From: Takakia lepidozioides
Taxonomy: Eukaryota > Plantae > Bryophyta
Assembly: GCA_030704615.1 (NCBI GenBank)
Contig: CM060731.1
Coordinates: 56,358,001-56,422,000 of the forward strand
Direction: 5' to 3'
DNA length: 64,000 nucleotides
Both the position numbers and the translations under genes were made by a program. Shown here one piece after another: positions 23,801 to 37,265 of the stretch (position 1 is its first letter; every line of letters starts with the position of its first letter). The notes under the pieces were generated by a model. It searched no databases, was not told where the DNA came from, and saw only the letters and a list, made by a program, of their open reading frames with translations.

Positions 23801-26800
23801 TGAATTGAGCAGACATACAAGACCTGAGGATTTCATTTATCTGGCAGTCAAGTCTAAAGTTTACTGACTCAGCTTGGCGAGAGGTCCAACCTTCTTAAGA
23901 CACCAAATCCAATAGTGATAAGACCCTGATCTACATAGAAGCCAACTACAAAACGTGTTTGGTGTCCTTATTCAGGCGAAACTCTGGGGATGCTGAACAA
24001 GCAGCAGAGACTACCTGTTGCCGGTGCTGCTTAGATTCTCTCTGCCGCTGCTTGCCTGAAATGTGCCTAAGATGGCAGACCTCCCTGAGCTACTGGATCT
24101 ACTGGATACACTCTCCAAGTCTTTAGCCCGATTCGAAGGTGAGATGCTTGAAGTGTGTGGTTTAGTGGCGGGCCTTGAGTTGATGGGTTTCATCACCACA
24201 ATCGAGGCCTCACCATTATTGCTATTTCCAGAATTTGTACACTGGATACTGCTTTGGGAGAGATTGGACTTGGTACGAACAATCCCTTGGGCCAGATCCT
24301 CTTGTGCCTTGGTTTCAAGCCTTGTGGGGTCCTGACTAGCCCTGAAATGTGGAATGTCCTGATGCTCAAGCTCCATTCGGTCCTGCTTCGAGGCTATGAC
24401 CAAACATTGTGCTGAGGGAAGGGGCCGGTGCTTTGACACTTGCCATTGTGACTTCAATTCTTCCACTGTTGGCTTGGACCTGTGAAGAGTGGTCTTCGGG
24501 TTGTCAGGCTGCTTATGGTAGGGAGGATGCAATAAGCCCTTGAGCTGCATTGCCTCCAAGATTTGTCGAAGTGTTCTTCGTCCCTGAACTGAGTTTCTAA
24601 TGCGGAGCTGGCGCACCCGCTGGTCCATGTCACTGGATGGAGGTTCATGGCTGGTGACAAGCTGCTCTGCCTCATCAGAATGTTTCAACACTGTTGACAT
24701 TGCCTCTGAGCATTGCTTGGGTGATTGTGCAAGTCGTTGTTGTAAGGCCTCTCGGGCCTCCTGCAGTTTGAACAGGGGGGGGATGCTCTCAAAGAGGTGG
24801 TGCTTGGGGAAGAGAGAGAGCCTTGAATGTGGGTGATGCCCCCCATTCTCCAAATGATGCCGCCAGGTTGCATGCTCTGGTTGCAACTGAGGTGGCATTG
24901 GCTCTCCATAGTACCGCAACTGGTGTGTTGAGTGTGGACCTTTCTCCGGCTCCCGGGAAGCTGGAGATCTTAACCTTGGTTGCACATCTTGATGGATTTC
25001 AACTGGAAGTGGCTTCAGCTGCTGGGATCCCCGTTTGAGTTGTTCTGTATTGATGTAGCCATCTGGCTGCCGTGGAGGAGGGGGTGGCGGGGACATCTTC
25101 GGTGGGGTATATTGTAATAGCCCTTGAAGCAGCCTAGCCTCTCTTGAAGGTCTTGTCTGTGCAAGCTTTGGTGTTAGGGGGGGCGTTGGATCACAACTCG
25201 GCAGCTCTTCTAAGCCCATTAAGCGTGCCACAACATTAGGTACCCGGTGCTGGGCACCACCTTCTCCTTGACCATCTCTAGTATCAGCCAAACTTCTGAA
25301 GTAAGGAAGATTGTTGTGGTTTTCTTCTTTAACAGAAAGATTACTAGACCACAATGAATCTCTACTATCAAGCTTCAGCCTAGTGGCTGTTGTGTCCCTA
25401 CCGTCGACAGAGCGCCTGGGTGCAAGGAATGCACGAGGTCGGTCTCTGGTCCCATCTACAGAAAGCCGATGTCCATCTCTTTCTTTTAGGTGGGTACTCA
25501 GAGAGTCTTTGAAGTCTGCAGCTCTGAGTGATTCCCTGAAGTCAAAAGGTGTGACATCTTTGCTTTCAGTGGAGTACCTCAGGTTGTCCTTGAGACCAAG
25601 TGGTTGGGGTGTGGCTCTGCCAGCAAGGTAGACGTGTCGCTCATCCTTGGACACAGATAACTTGGGACCCTCCTTCAACTCTACTGTCAACCTGGGCAAA
25701 TCTCTTTCATCAAGGGCTCTTCCTGTGTTTCTGTCAACTGAAAGCCTTGGAAGCTCCCTTGCATCTAAACACAACTGTGCCAGGTCTTTGGCCCTGGGAC
25801 GGGGTGAGTCTGCAGAGGACTGCACACCCTTCCTCCAGGCACCAAACATTCGTGATCGACCTCCTCCACCCACAGAACAAGACCGAGGCAAGTCCACAGA
25901 TGGCTGCACGCCTTCTATCTTCACATCTGTGGACATCCTTGATCCATCTCTTCCATTCACAGAACAAGACCGTGGTAAGTTCTTCAGATTAACTAGGGCC
26001 TCCTGTCCCTCCTTTAAATCAGCTGATGCCCGTGGGGCATCCTTGATGATGTTACCACTGTGGGCCAGTGCTTTTGGCTTCTCCCTGTGGAATGAGGCAC
26101 GTACACTATCTCTGATGTCCACATATGGTTGCTTTTGCAGATCTTTTGTAACACTTCCATCCACAGAAGCCCTGGGTGGGACAAGTGCAGGCTTAAGGAC
26201 TTCCCTTTGATCACCAAATGAGTGTCGTGGGATTTCTTTCACGGCCATGGGGCTATCAAATGATGGACGGGGTGACTCCTTGAAGTAGAAAGACAAGCGG
26301 GGTGTACTCTCTTCAGAGTCCATGGATTCTTGGTCCAACTGTGGCTTTTGATCTGCAGGAAGTCGGGCATCTGAGGGGATTTCAAATGGACCGACAAACA
26401 TTTTGCTGTTGTCAAAAGAGGAGCTGTGTTGGTCTCTTGCAGACTCCATAGATGCCTTGGTACGGTCAGTGCACTCCAAAGACTCCCTCTGCACAGCATT
26501 ATCCTGAAAGTGCAGCCATTAACAACCCCAATACCCATTCAAAGCCTGTGACTATTTACTATCCTTCACTATTCTCTTTCCTGTCCTTTACTATTCTATT
26601 TACTATCCTTATCTATTTACTATTTATGTAACATAAATTTTATGCAGCCATCTCCACCAGAAGGAGCACCTGGTCACAATGGATTTATAGATCTATTTTA
26701 CAAGTGGGTCCACAGGGTTCAAGACCGCAGTGGGGGGAAATTCTATAGAATGCTAAGTCATCACACTCATGCACTTGTACTAACTCCCACCAGGGAGAAG

Positions 26801-29800
26801 TAAATTTCCCTTGAGGAGACTCGAGCTCTCTCTCGGAACTCTTCTGATATTCACCAGAATCCAGTGGCTTTACATAAAATAGGACCTGTTGCAAGAGAGG
26901 AGAGGTAATCAATCGTGAAAGACAAAGAAATAGTAGAAGGCAGAGAGGTTCGAACCATGTAGTGGTTAGGAATGTTGCTGCATTCATGGCGTGGGCTTTC
27001 ACAGGCAGATGCAGGTAGTGACTGCCCTGCTTGCCAGAACACACAAGGTTAGATCTTGCATCATCAACAAATGGCAGAGTGAACCTTTGCTTTCAAAAAT
27101 CAATGTTTTTGAATAATGGAAAGCGGCACAAAGATCAAATGGTGAAGAGACTTGAAAAAAGAAAAAAACTTTCTAACGTCCACAGACGGCCCCCAGGGCC
27201 CAGGGACAAAGTGGAACAAATAGAAACAATTCCAGAAAAACGTACAACAGCAAGCGAAGACGGAAGTGTCAGAGACACAACGAAAGTCCATAAAAGGAAA
27301 GTGAAAACAACAAAAACCAGCAACTTCGTGAGACTCTCTAAAGCGGAGAGCCTCCTTAGATGTGCTGCAAGGCATCCTTGTTGCGGAGTGGGGATTGGCT
27401 GTCTCTAAACAGGTAATAGTATCGGGCACCAGATTTTGTAACGGAGAGAACAGCAAAAGAAGAAATGAAAAAATTGAAGGCCAAAATTTTTGTTGCGTCC
27501 AGCAAAGGTTCAGAGGGACAACAGAAGATATAGAACTGAAATGAAATGAAATGGGCAACAAACAGCCCAAAAGCAACTAAAGCTCAAGGGATTGTCCAAT
27601 AATCAATGCTTCATGCAGGTAAGCTGCCAATGATCCTCATAATGGAAGACCTCCATCAGAGGTTGGGTATCCCGGAATAGACAGTTGAATCTCCAGCGGA
27701 TCTCATAGGATATGCTTGATTTCTGTGAACCTTGAGCCTGGGCAACCACAGAACCCCTGTAGACCAGCTCAGGGGCAGTGAAAGAAAAAAATGTTCTTCA
27801 CATTTCTATGTCCCTGTAGTTCCCAGGGCAAGCGGGGGTATAGCGGTCTTCACGCTACAGATTCCCTCAGACTGTGAGAGCCCACCCTGAACCTCCCCAA
27901 TGTAGAAGAGTGGGAGATAGAGCTGCAGACAGGTAATTAGGCCGCAAGATCCTATAGTCTCATAGAACCAGGATGTCTCCCCATAGAATTTCAGTTTTGT
28001 CATTAGAGTGGCTGGTTTCCATGTCCGCCTGCACGTTCAGTTCCATAAGTTCTCTTCTGATGTATCTGTTTGGACGCAACATCCACCCCCTCCGTATTTT
28101 GTGGCAGTAGGGAAACAATGAGAGTCCATTGTGCTCAAAAAAGTTGGACACCTGAGCATTCCAAGAGTGCTGAAAACCAGCTGTTTTGAGCCTGATAGAT
28201 GTTGTGAGGGCCTGGGCTGTCAACCTGTTCGGTGGAAGGGCTTGTAACCCTGTAAGAAAGATGTCAAGGTGGAAGATGGCATAGGTTTAGTGAAAGACCT
28301 CAGGAAGGATTGGCTGTCCTGATCGAGCCCGGGTCTCATAGTAGAGAAGACATTGAAAGAAGAAACGTTCTTCAGTCACAAGCACCTATCTGCCTTCTTC
28401 ACTAAAGGAGACAAGAAATAAACTAAAATCTGAAAGAAGTTTGTAATAACATCCATGGGAGATCCATAGAGAAAAGAAACAAACTTTATTCGTCAACAGG
28501 AAGCTCAAAGAGCTCTTGGGGCAGAGGAAAGTAGGATACAAGAAAAACGAAGTAGCCTTGTGGCCATTGACCCTGCACCCCATTTGAGCGGAACAGAAAG
28601 GGACAGAAACTACCTTTGTCAGGGGCTGATGCCAGTCCTATGACTTACCTTGGAACAGGCAATTGATCCAAGTTTTCCAGATATCCTCTAGAAATCTCCC
28701 TACACAAGCATCAATCTGCTGTGTGTGATTTGGCCCAAAAGGGCCTGGGCTTTTGGCTCAGCCCCATTGAGAGAGAGATACTCATAAGACGTTGTTTGCC
28801 GTAGCCTTGTGGCCATTGACCCCGCGCCCAGTTTGAGCGGGAACAAAAGGGGCAGAACCTACCTCTGTCAGGGGCTGACGTTGGTAGTGTGACTTACCAT
28901 CATATATAGAATTAATCCGGGTTTTCCAGATATCCTCTAGAAATCCCTTCACACAAGCATCAATCTGCTGTGTGTGATTTGCCCAAAAACTAGGCCTCAG
29001 GAGGGCCTGGGCTTTTGGCTCAGCCTCGAGACTTTCAAAATTGTTAAACAGGGGAACAGGCACAATTCCCTTGATAGAGTTGAAGAGAGCGTCTCTTTGG
29101 TGAGAGAACCCCGGACAGTGTATCAGAAAGTGAATACTGTCTTCAGATTGCCCACACAGTGGGCAATTGCACTCTCCCTTTCCTCTCTGCTTCTGTTTGC
29201 TGTTCAAAGGTAGGCTTCCTGCCCTGAGTTTAAATTTCAGTCTAGTGCCGAGAGTGGGTAGACCCTTGAGGTCATCCAAGATGTCCTCCCCCATGTCACT
29301 GACTGGAAACAAGTTCAGGGAAGTTTTCTGCCTAACTTCATTTTCATCAGACAATCTCATGGCAACAGACATGGCTGAGGACACTACAGCCTCTAAGTCA
29401 GATTTATCCAGCAGGGTCAAGGCTTGCGGATCCAGGTCCAGGTCCTTGAGAATCTCTTCTACTCTCTTCTGGCAGGACTTAGCCTGTTTGACAGGGCGGT
29501 CCTGTTTCCAAGATATAGAGTCGATTAACTTCGGATATCTGGTGTTGGGCATATGTTGCAGCTGACCCCACCATCTGACCTTGAATTCATCTCGTTGGGA
29601 GCTTAAGGACGGAATGCCAAACTCACCCCGAACAGCCACATTGGCTGTTTTGGAGCATGCTGACATACACTCCTTAAGCACCCCCACTTGAATGGATTCT
29701 AGAGACTTAGCCTGGTTGGAGTTATCAACCCATATAGCAGATCCGTACTCCAAGGCAGGTCTAATAACGCAACAAAGCATGGTTTTCTTAACCTCAGAGT

Positions 29801-32129
29801 TGACCCCTCTGCAGTGGAAAAATTTAGTGAGCCCCAGAGCTTTGCCCTTGCCAGTTTGAACAACTTTCCGGATAGGTGCATCCCAATTACAATTGGAGGA
29901 AAACTCAACGCCCAGGTAAGTGTAGGAAGGGAGGACCGGGATCTCTTGGCTACCCCACTGCCACTTAAGATCACTTCCTCCCTCTCCTCTGTCGTTGAAT
30001 GCTACCACTGCACATTTGCTGACATTAGCCTCTAGCCCCCAAAGATCAAAGTATCTCTTCGCGCAATCAATCAACTCCTGGAGATTGGTTGGAGTCTCCC
30101 CTATGCCTGCGAAGTCATCTGCAAACATAAGGGCTGGTATGGTGGTATCACCCACCCTAAACCCAAATCCCTCACTTTCCACATCTTCGAGGAGTTGATT
30201 GATGAAAACATTGAAGAGCAGAGGGGAGAGAGTACATCCTTGAGCTACACCTTGGTCTATGTCAAAGAAGTTGGACTTCTGTCCGTTAACAGTGACACAG
30301 CTTTTGGTGTGAGCATACAAGTTGTGGACAACTCTCCACATCTTTCCCTTGATCCCACAAGACCAGAGGCGGAACCATAGGCCATCTCTCCACACTGTGT
30401 CATAAGCCTTTTTGACATCCAGGAAAAAAACATAAGTGGGTTTACCTTCTTTTTTCCTTCCCTGGATAATCTGGCTTAGAGTGAAGATATGATCCCCAGC
30501 TTGGCCTTCGTGGAAACAACCTCTAGACTCCAGATCAACCTCGAGACGAGTACTTATAACTCTGCAGAATGTCTTGCCAACAGCATTGAGGAGCGTGATG
30601 CCACGGTAGTTCCCCGGTTCTTCTCTGTCACCCTTCTTGTATAGATTGACAATGACCCCCTGTCGCCAGGGAAAGGGGATCATTTCAGTCTTCCAGATAA
30701 GGTTAAAGAGGAGAACTAGGGCCTCTATCATGGGATCGCCACCATGCTTGATAAGCTCGTTGACAATACCATCAGGTCCACCAGCTTTATATCCATTTTA
30801 AATGTTCAATTGCTTCCACAATCTCAGAAGAAATAATGGGAGCATTATAAGCCATTGAAATATACTCCAGTTCATCAGGGCTGTTTTGAATCATAGGAAC
30901 AGTTTTTCCAACTGTGTCCCTCCATTCAGCAGAAGACCCCTCACTGTTAGACCTAGAAGTTCTGCCAAGGACACTGTAGTGAGTTTCAAAGGTTTTGACA
31001 ATGTCAACCAATGAAGTCACCACTGCACCTTTAGTAGTCTTCAGCGCTTGTACTTGCTGACCGTTTTTCGGCTTGTACAAATGTTGAAGGGCCAACCATA
31101 ATTTCTTGTCATTACCACCATGGTGGTTTGAGTTTATTTCACTGTATAACTTGTCCCAGTATAATTTCTTCTGAGACCTAACAAGCTGATTGATATCTTT
31201 ACGGAGCTGGTAGTACCTCGCCCACAATTCTCTGTCGGTTTCCAAATTGCAGCACTCTTTATAGAGGGCTCGTCTCTCAGCTATCTTGAGTTTAATCTCA
31301 TTGGTCCACCAATTAACTGCTCTACCGCAGACAATTAGTTTCCTCCCAATGATCTTGTCAGCCACGGAGGAAACGAAACTCTCCCAAGAGTCCACTGCTC
31401 TTTCGACTTCATTTCTTGCGTTAACAGAGCGTGACTGAAGTTCTTGGATCGATTGGACAAAATGAGGGAGAGCCTCTTGCAAGGCCTGGACGTACTCAGC
31501 CTTGACCTCCTCATTGTGGAATTTTTCTATGCGCCACTTCCGAATCGAACGTTTCACAGATCTCTTGGTGGTGGGAAAACACCTTTTGATCTCAGTCCAA
31601 ACCAGGAAGTGGTCAGAGGTACCAATATCAGTTCTGTCGATCAACACATTGGCACACTGGGGGAACAAAATTTTGTCCATTATGATATAGTCCACAATGG
31701 AACGTTCCCCAGTTTGGGGTTTCTCACGAGTCCACTGCACTTGGTCACCTCTTGTCCTGTTATTCAAGGTCAAAAGCTGAAGCTCTTCTAGACAGTTAAT
31801 TAACCGTCTGCCATTAGAATTCAGCTCGTCCTCACCAAAAGGTCCAATGATATCGTCCTGATGGATCCCTTTGCCCACCCGGGCATTGAAGTCCCCCAAT
31901 AGTACCACCTGACCTTTGGCAAGGAACGAAGCACAGTCCAGAGAGAGAGAGAGAGAGAGAGAGAGAGGTTACCATTAGCAGAAGTGACACGCTTGGAACC
32001 ATAACGGCGGCCTGTGAAGGCATTGCCACGTTCGAATATCTGGAAAAGTCCTGTCATACAACCGTAATGCTTTTCTAGTGAGCTTGGGTCTTCAGTTAAC
32101 ACTTTGAACAGGTTTTCTGAAGCTGGCAT
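20814..32129 (-). CDS. TRM: TON1-recruiting motif (TRM)/LONGIFOLIA-family protein, multi-exon
   Basis: Exon 31973-32129 carries the N-terminal motif LEKHYGCMTGLFQIFE. Exon ~24015-26503 carries VPNVVARLMGLEELP and SIVVMKP. Exon 22665-23664 follows. Exon ~22277-22536 carries EQPSPVSVLD. The last exon, 20814-21712, is DUF4378-like (DRRLVFDSVNEIL...VSLEVERMIFKDLMDETVKDL). The internal introns have GT-AG ends in matching phases; the exon 1 to exon 2 join needs one extra small exon. Confidence 0.88.
27590..28400 (-). mobile_element. 3' fragment(s) of a LINE related to the 11280-14983 family, inside TRM intron 1
   Basis: RLKTAGFQHSWNAQVSNFFEHNGLS matches the ~12040-12120 segment. A YEIR..F.CLF-like C-terminal motif lies near 27680-27710. 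Confidence 0.65.
28552..28762 (-). mobile_element. Older 5'-truncated 3'-end copy of the adjacent LINE
   Basis: Diverged duplicate of 28801-29025 (GTAGCCTTGTGGCCATTGACCC...GGGCCTGGGCTTTTGGCTCAGCC). Confidence 0.85.
28778..31939 (-). mobile_element. Relatively young 5'-truncated LINE (APE endonuclease and RT) inserted in TRM intron 1
   Basis: ORF 30787-31908 has LLGDFNARVG, SIVDYI and TSDHFLV. After a frameshift, ORF 28782-30731 has NYRGITLL, FLDVKKAYDTV, GVAQGCTLSPLLF, MFADDF and a C-terminal CPLC...HFLIHC. (GA)n tracts flank it at 28768-28777 and 31940-31967. Confidence 0.93.
31940..31967. repeat. (GA)14 microsatellite
   Basis: Seen directly, a few bp from the TRM exon 1 splice donor. Confidence 0.95.
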
Positions 32130-35100
32130 GGCGATCCCAGACCCCCTCAATGGCAGCTTCAAGGGCTTGTCAAGCCAATACAGCCTCTGTTTTGTGTAAA
32201 CTGGCGATCAGACTCCACCGGGGCACGGGGAGGGTCCCATATGTGTGCACATCTGAATCAACCTACAGGAGGTTCCACAGTTATTGCAATGTGTTAGTCT
32301 AGCACCAGCAGATATATAGTGCTCAAAGGAAACCAAGTTTACAATGTCTACATGGCCTCAAAGGCCAATGGAACAGGGTAGAGCAAATCAAGAGCAGAGA
32401 GAAACTTAACACTTCCAGGAGACAAATAAAGGACCCAAGAGACCGAATAGAACAGAGTAGTGGATGCAGAGAGAGAAGAAAAGAAGAGACATTATAATGT
32501 CTATGGCAAGCTCAGGTGTGATTCTGGGACAGAGAAAAGAGGAAACAGAATGAGTAGAACACTCATTATTATAATGCTTTGAGGTTATACAGCTGCCATA
32601 GGGTTGTGGCTCTTGTACAACTGCTATAGCCCTCTCACAGCCAAGCCAATGAAGTATAACTCCCGAGTTTCGCTAGTCTTCAACAAAAATAAGGATTGAG
32701 TGGCAAGCAAAATCAGTAAGAAAGATGGTGAGATTATTTCAACAGAATCCTGCAGCATTGGAGTTGACATTTTGACGAAGGACCTGAAAATCTGTGCCTA
32801 AGCACACTACTAGGGCTCGGTTAAAGGTCACCAGGCTACAAGCTGGAGAAAAAGTCTTGTCCTGAGTATGTCAACTCTGACATTCCACAATGATTAGGAG
32901 ATCTTGAGCTCTTAACTGCAGTATTTTCCATCTGTCATAGTGGACCAAATAGCACATCAAGCATTCTACCAAGTTGTTCCCCTGAAATGAGAGTCAAGTA
33001 TGTCTTAAGGTGTGTAGAGGATTTCATTTTCACCGAAGTGAGCCACCGAAGTAACAGCAGACCACAAAGTGCCTGTTAGCAGGTGATAGAAACAAGGGGC
33101 TACCTTACATTAAGATAGCAATCATGCATCATACCCTTACTCCTCAGTATGTTGGCGCTGCAAGGTGAAAAGAAACTTGCATTGGCACCATGAAGCTCAA
33201 TATAGCCAGGCCTGCCAGAAATTTACAGGTGCGTCTCTCAGAGCAGCGATCCCACCTACTGGCACTGAGATAGTGGCACTGAATCCACCACCGCCGATTT
33301 CTCAGCCAAAAGGCCACGGTACAGATAAGTGATTTGGGTCCAGTCTAGGGGAATGCACAAGCATTTCCAGTGCTTTTATAAATGGTGGAGCTCAAATATG
33401 CACCTGCCGAAAATTACCCCTTCCCTCTTCCACACCAGCCTTCCTGTGTAGGCCTTGGAGTCCCTGGGGCACACGCCTGGCCGATTGGGTGTCCATACTA
33501 GAGAGTTCTACTATGGCAACGATGTCTCAATCTTGCGGATTGAGATTCGCGCCGATTGGTCTTCCATATGACCGTGTCTGTGGTTGACCCTTAGAGTGCC
33601 TGAAGCACGCTTCAACTGGGTGGCAATCACAGCATAAGCTGCCACAGCTCTACGACAGCCAACTTTGTTCCATATGCAAGATTGAGTAATTTCGCTCTGA
33701 CTGGTCTTCACATGTCTGTGACGCTTACTGGCGAGGTTATATGGCCTGCTTCCGCGCGGGCGTGTGTGAGAGAGAGAAAGAGAGATAGGAAATGTAGCTC
33801 TTGCACGGACTTCAATAACTACCATTGTGTAATGTTTAAATTACTTGAGAAACAATCTTCAGAAGTAAAACGGGAGTAAAATGCTCTACGGAAAAAGAAT
33901 TGGAATGATCACGCCACCCAAGAATCAGTCGCGAATAGTAGAAAAGAAAACATTCGATTGGGCTAGACACGCACCTGAATTGCCGACTAGCGCTTATCAC
34001 ATTGCATATACAGCCAGAAGTTGCACAATCTGTTCAAGCTGTTCCACCAAAATATTCTACGCGAGGGAAAAAAAGCAACTTATGTACAAGTGTGATTACG
34101 AGAGGGAGTGAGAATTCTTTACTTGAAGACGGCACTAGCAGACACAAAATTCAGGCACCGCAGCTGCAGTTCCACGATCCCCGTACAAATATCCTTCCCT
34201 TCTTCATGCACCTCAAGCGTTCTATTTCGCTTCAGGGAAGCGCAGTCCAATCATCACATCTCTGTCAAAGTCTCATTATCCATATCTGGAGTCACTGACT
34301 GTCAGCAACTTTCGCGAAAACTTTAAACCCCCAGCATTGTCAAGAAGTCTCCCCGACAACACCCCAGCTCTCCGCCCATCCCCTTCCTCGGTTTGACGAC
34401 TCCTCCCCCACTCTTTTAATCCGCAAACAAGTCAGCGCTTTCTTTCTCCAGCCTCCTGCAAGTGGCCTCGCTATCTCACACTTCAGAAACTCCCGTAACC
34501 CTCCTGCATTGTCCACAAAACTCCTCAACACTCTCAGGCTCCCTCTCTCCCTCTCCTCCTCCTTCTGGCCCACCAACTGGATCATGAAGTTTCCCACCAA
34601 CAATTATGCACACAGTCCAGCTCCCAATCGTCTATCTCATTCTGCACTGCATCAAGCTCTCACCTTCCGCAATCTACACCACTTGGAAACTCTCCTGCGC
34701 TCGCCGCACCTTACAACGCACCTCCCGCTCACTCTCCACAGCTCGTCGCTGTTTTGATTGTGTCGGGATTTGGTCCCGCTTCTGGGCCCTACCACCGCGG
34801 CCATCCCATATTTATTATTATCTCTTACTATCGCAAATACATAAACCGTACCGTCAGATGATGTCCCCGTATTTGTTTTATGCTTCCATACGTACGGTGT
34901 GTTGGTACGTATTGTAGGAAGGAATCTCATCATATACTCTTTGTGTATCGTACTCACGGATACGTACCTGCAGCTAGGTTGTACCTAGCATACTGAGACA
35001 GCTTACATACCCCATTGTAGACACCATACTGTAGCGTCTGGCCATAAGCATACAGTACGGTATAACAAGAATAATCAGAGCATATGCTGAATCCGTTACG

Positions 35101-36451
35101 AGCTTGAATCTTGGATCACGCGCCCCCGCATGCCATAACCCATTGTCGCGCTCTCTCTGCTCGCTCTCTCTCGACTTTCATGCGAGTCGGCGCGCGTGCC
35201 GTAAGCTGGACGGAAGAGCCCTGGACGGCAGCCTAGGCTGTGCTCCACTGCCCAAGTTGTCGTTCCAGCACGCCTGCATAACTGACATCCACACCTTCCT
35301 TTATGAATGCAAGTACTGGTGTATTATGAAGTTGGTAAAGGCCGGGGAGAACTGGTCAGTTCCGTATCCAGCAAACACATCATGTCTGACCGTATCCAGT
35401 AGCAGGTAGGGATTTACTGCAGTGGTGAAAAGCGATTGGAGGATAACCCGCAGAGCTCAGATTACCCAGAGAAAGGCATAACAACTTGCTCACCTATTGG
35501 TGACAGCGCCAGTTTTGTTGCCACCACCTTTGCCATTTGCGTCAAGCCCTCTCAGGAATCAGGATTCTTCATTCGGACCTTGAGATTTGATATCCATCTT
35601 TCAGGCCCATCTGAATTCAGATGGTTATGCTCATATAACGTCCACCAAAATTAACTCCTAATGTCTCAAGCAATACTGCACAAAAAATTGAACCTCCAAC
35701 CCCGGAATGGGTCATATCTAGTAGAAAAGTACCATCCATGGAAACTCACCTCAATCAAAGAAGAAGTTGGGAGATTATAGCAATTAGACAAAGATGTACT
35801 GCTGATATTCTAAAATGGATCAACACTTAAGTTCAGATACTCTTCAGGTACTTGAGAGCTGTTGCAATACATATATTTCATTATTTTTTGTAAGGTGCCT
35901 TGCAAGCTGAAAGCTCACACTTCATAATGTGTGCAGGGGAAGGATTCCTACCTCAGACCTAAAAGTCCCCACTAGCTTAATAGTAGTGGTGCCTGTTTGT
36001 CACAACACCGTTGTGCGTCCTTCTTTTGAGCAGAAACTTGCGTATGAAAGCAGGCTTGTCATGAAAACATGAACTAGCACGAAATCACGTTAGACAATGA
36101 GGCACAATTGACAATATTTACTAACAAACAAAATGGGGTGGAATGATCACTGGTTCTTCATCACGATGATCAAGCTGTAGCTCGAGGGGGACTCACATCT
36201 GACCATATCTTTTGTCGGCTCGCCCACCTGAAAAAACATCCAAGTAGGCTTATATGTATCTGCTTCGGCCCCGACTGATTAACTTGAATGTAAGCAGATG
36301 AATAGTTACCGCTTACGCAAGGCCGAGAAAAGGTAGAGCACGGTAAGTCTGTACATTGTGGCGGGCACCAAATTGTGCAGCAGACTTGTGGGGCGCAACG
36401 CACATGCAAGGAAATCGGAAATCAATCTATCGGCCGTCAGAGCAGTTGAGG

Positions 36452-37265
36452 CTCAGAATTTTGTGTGGCCTCGTCGTTATGAGGCTGGTCAGACGACCGT
36501 CAGGCCATCTCATTAATGTAGGAGCAAACTACCTTCATGCGTCAAGGACTTCGAATTTTTTTGGCATATGAATCTTACAACTACCTCCATGCAGGTAGTT
36601 TTAGGATTTTCTACATGAAGCTCCAAACCAAGCAAAACCAAGCTGAACTACCTGCATGAGAGTAGTTGCACACCACCTCCATGGAGGTAGTTACAGTAAG
36701 CGCCAACCACCGGAACCACGTTCACGGAATGGAACCCGAAGGCCTGCACATCGCCACAGCGCCATCGACCTACCACCAGACCACAACCTCCGCCGTGCCA
36801 ACGATCCGACGTTTTTTCGATATACCGTACTTACCTAGCTTATTAGGCACTTCCGCGCCTAATAATTAATAAAAATGGAATATTATTAGGCAGATTCGTT
36901 TTTATTATTTAGGCACCTCACCTAGGTAATTTCCAAACATTAGGCATGTATTACAGTTGATACTGGATAAAAATGAACAATTGTTTTTGACCTCCCTCAA
37001 AACCTATTGTTGAGGTAATTTTCTTCTCAAAAAACATAAAAACATTTTTTCCAGCAATTAGGCACTTCTCAGGAAATTTTTCCAAGGTTTAGGCACATTT
37101 TTCAAAAATGTTCTAAATTTAATTAGGCACTTGATTTTGAATTAATTATTGCCTAATAAGCTAAGTAAGTACGGTATAAGAGAAACAGCGGAATAGGGAT
37201 CCTGTGGTAGCTGTCCCCTCTGCACCGTGCTGCCTCATTACGACGAGGCCACACAAAATTCTGAG
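36452..37265. mobile_element. MITE-like element with ~34-bp terminal inverted repeats
   Basis: CTCAGAATTTTGTGTGGCCTCGTCGTTATGAGGC at 36452 and its reverse complement (1 mismatch) ending at 37265. The TSD is ambiguous (GGC is possible). Confidence 0.7.
36823..37176. mobile_element. Tc1/mariner-type MITE nested inside the previous element
   Basis: TIR TACCGTACTTAC(C/T)TAGCTTATTAGGCA at both ends, flanked by TA. The interior is AT-rich with repeated TTAGGCA. Confidence 0.85.
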
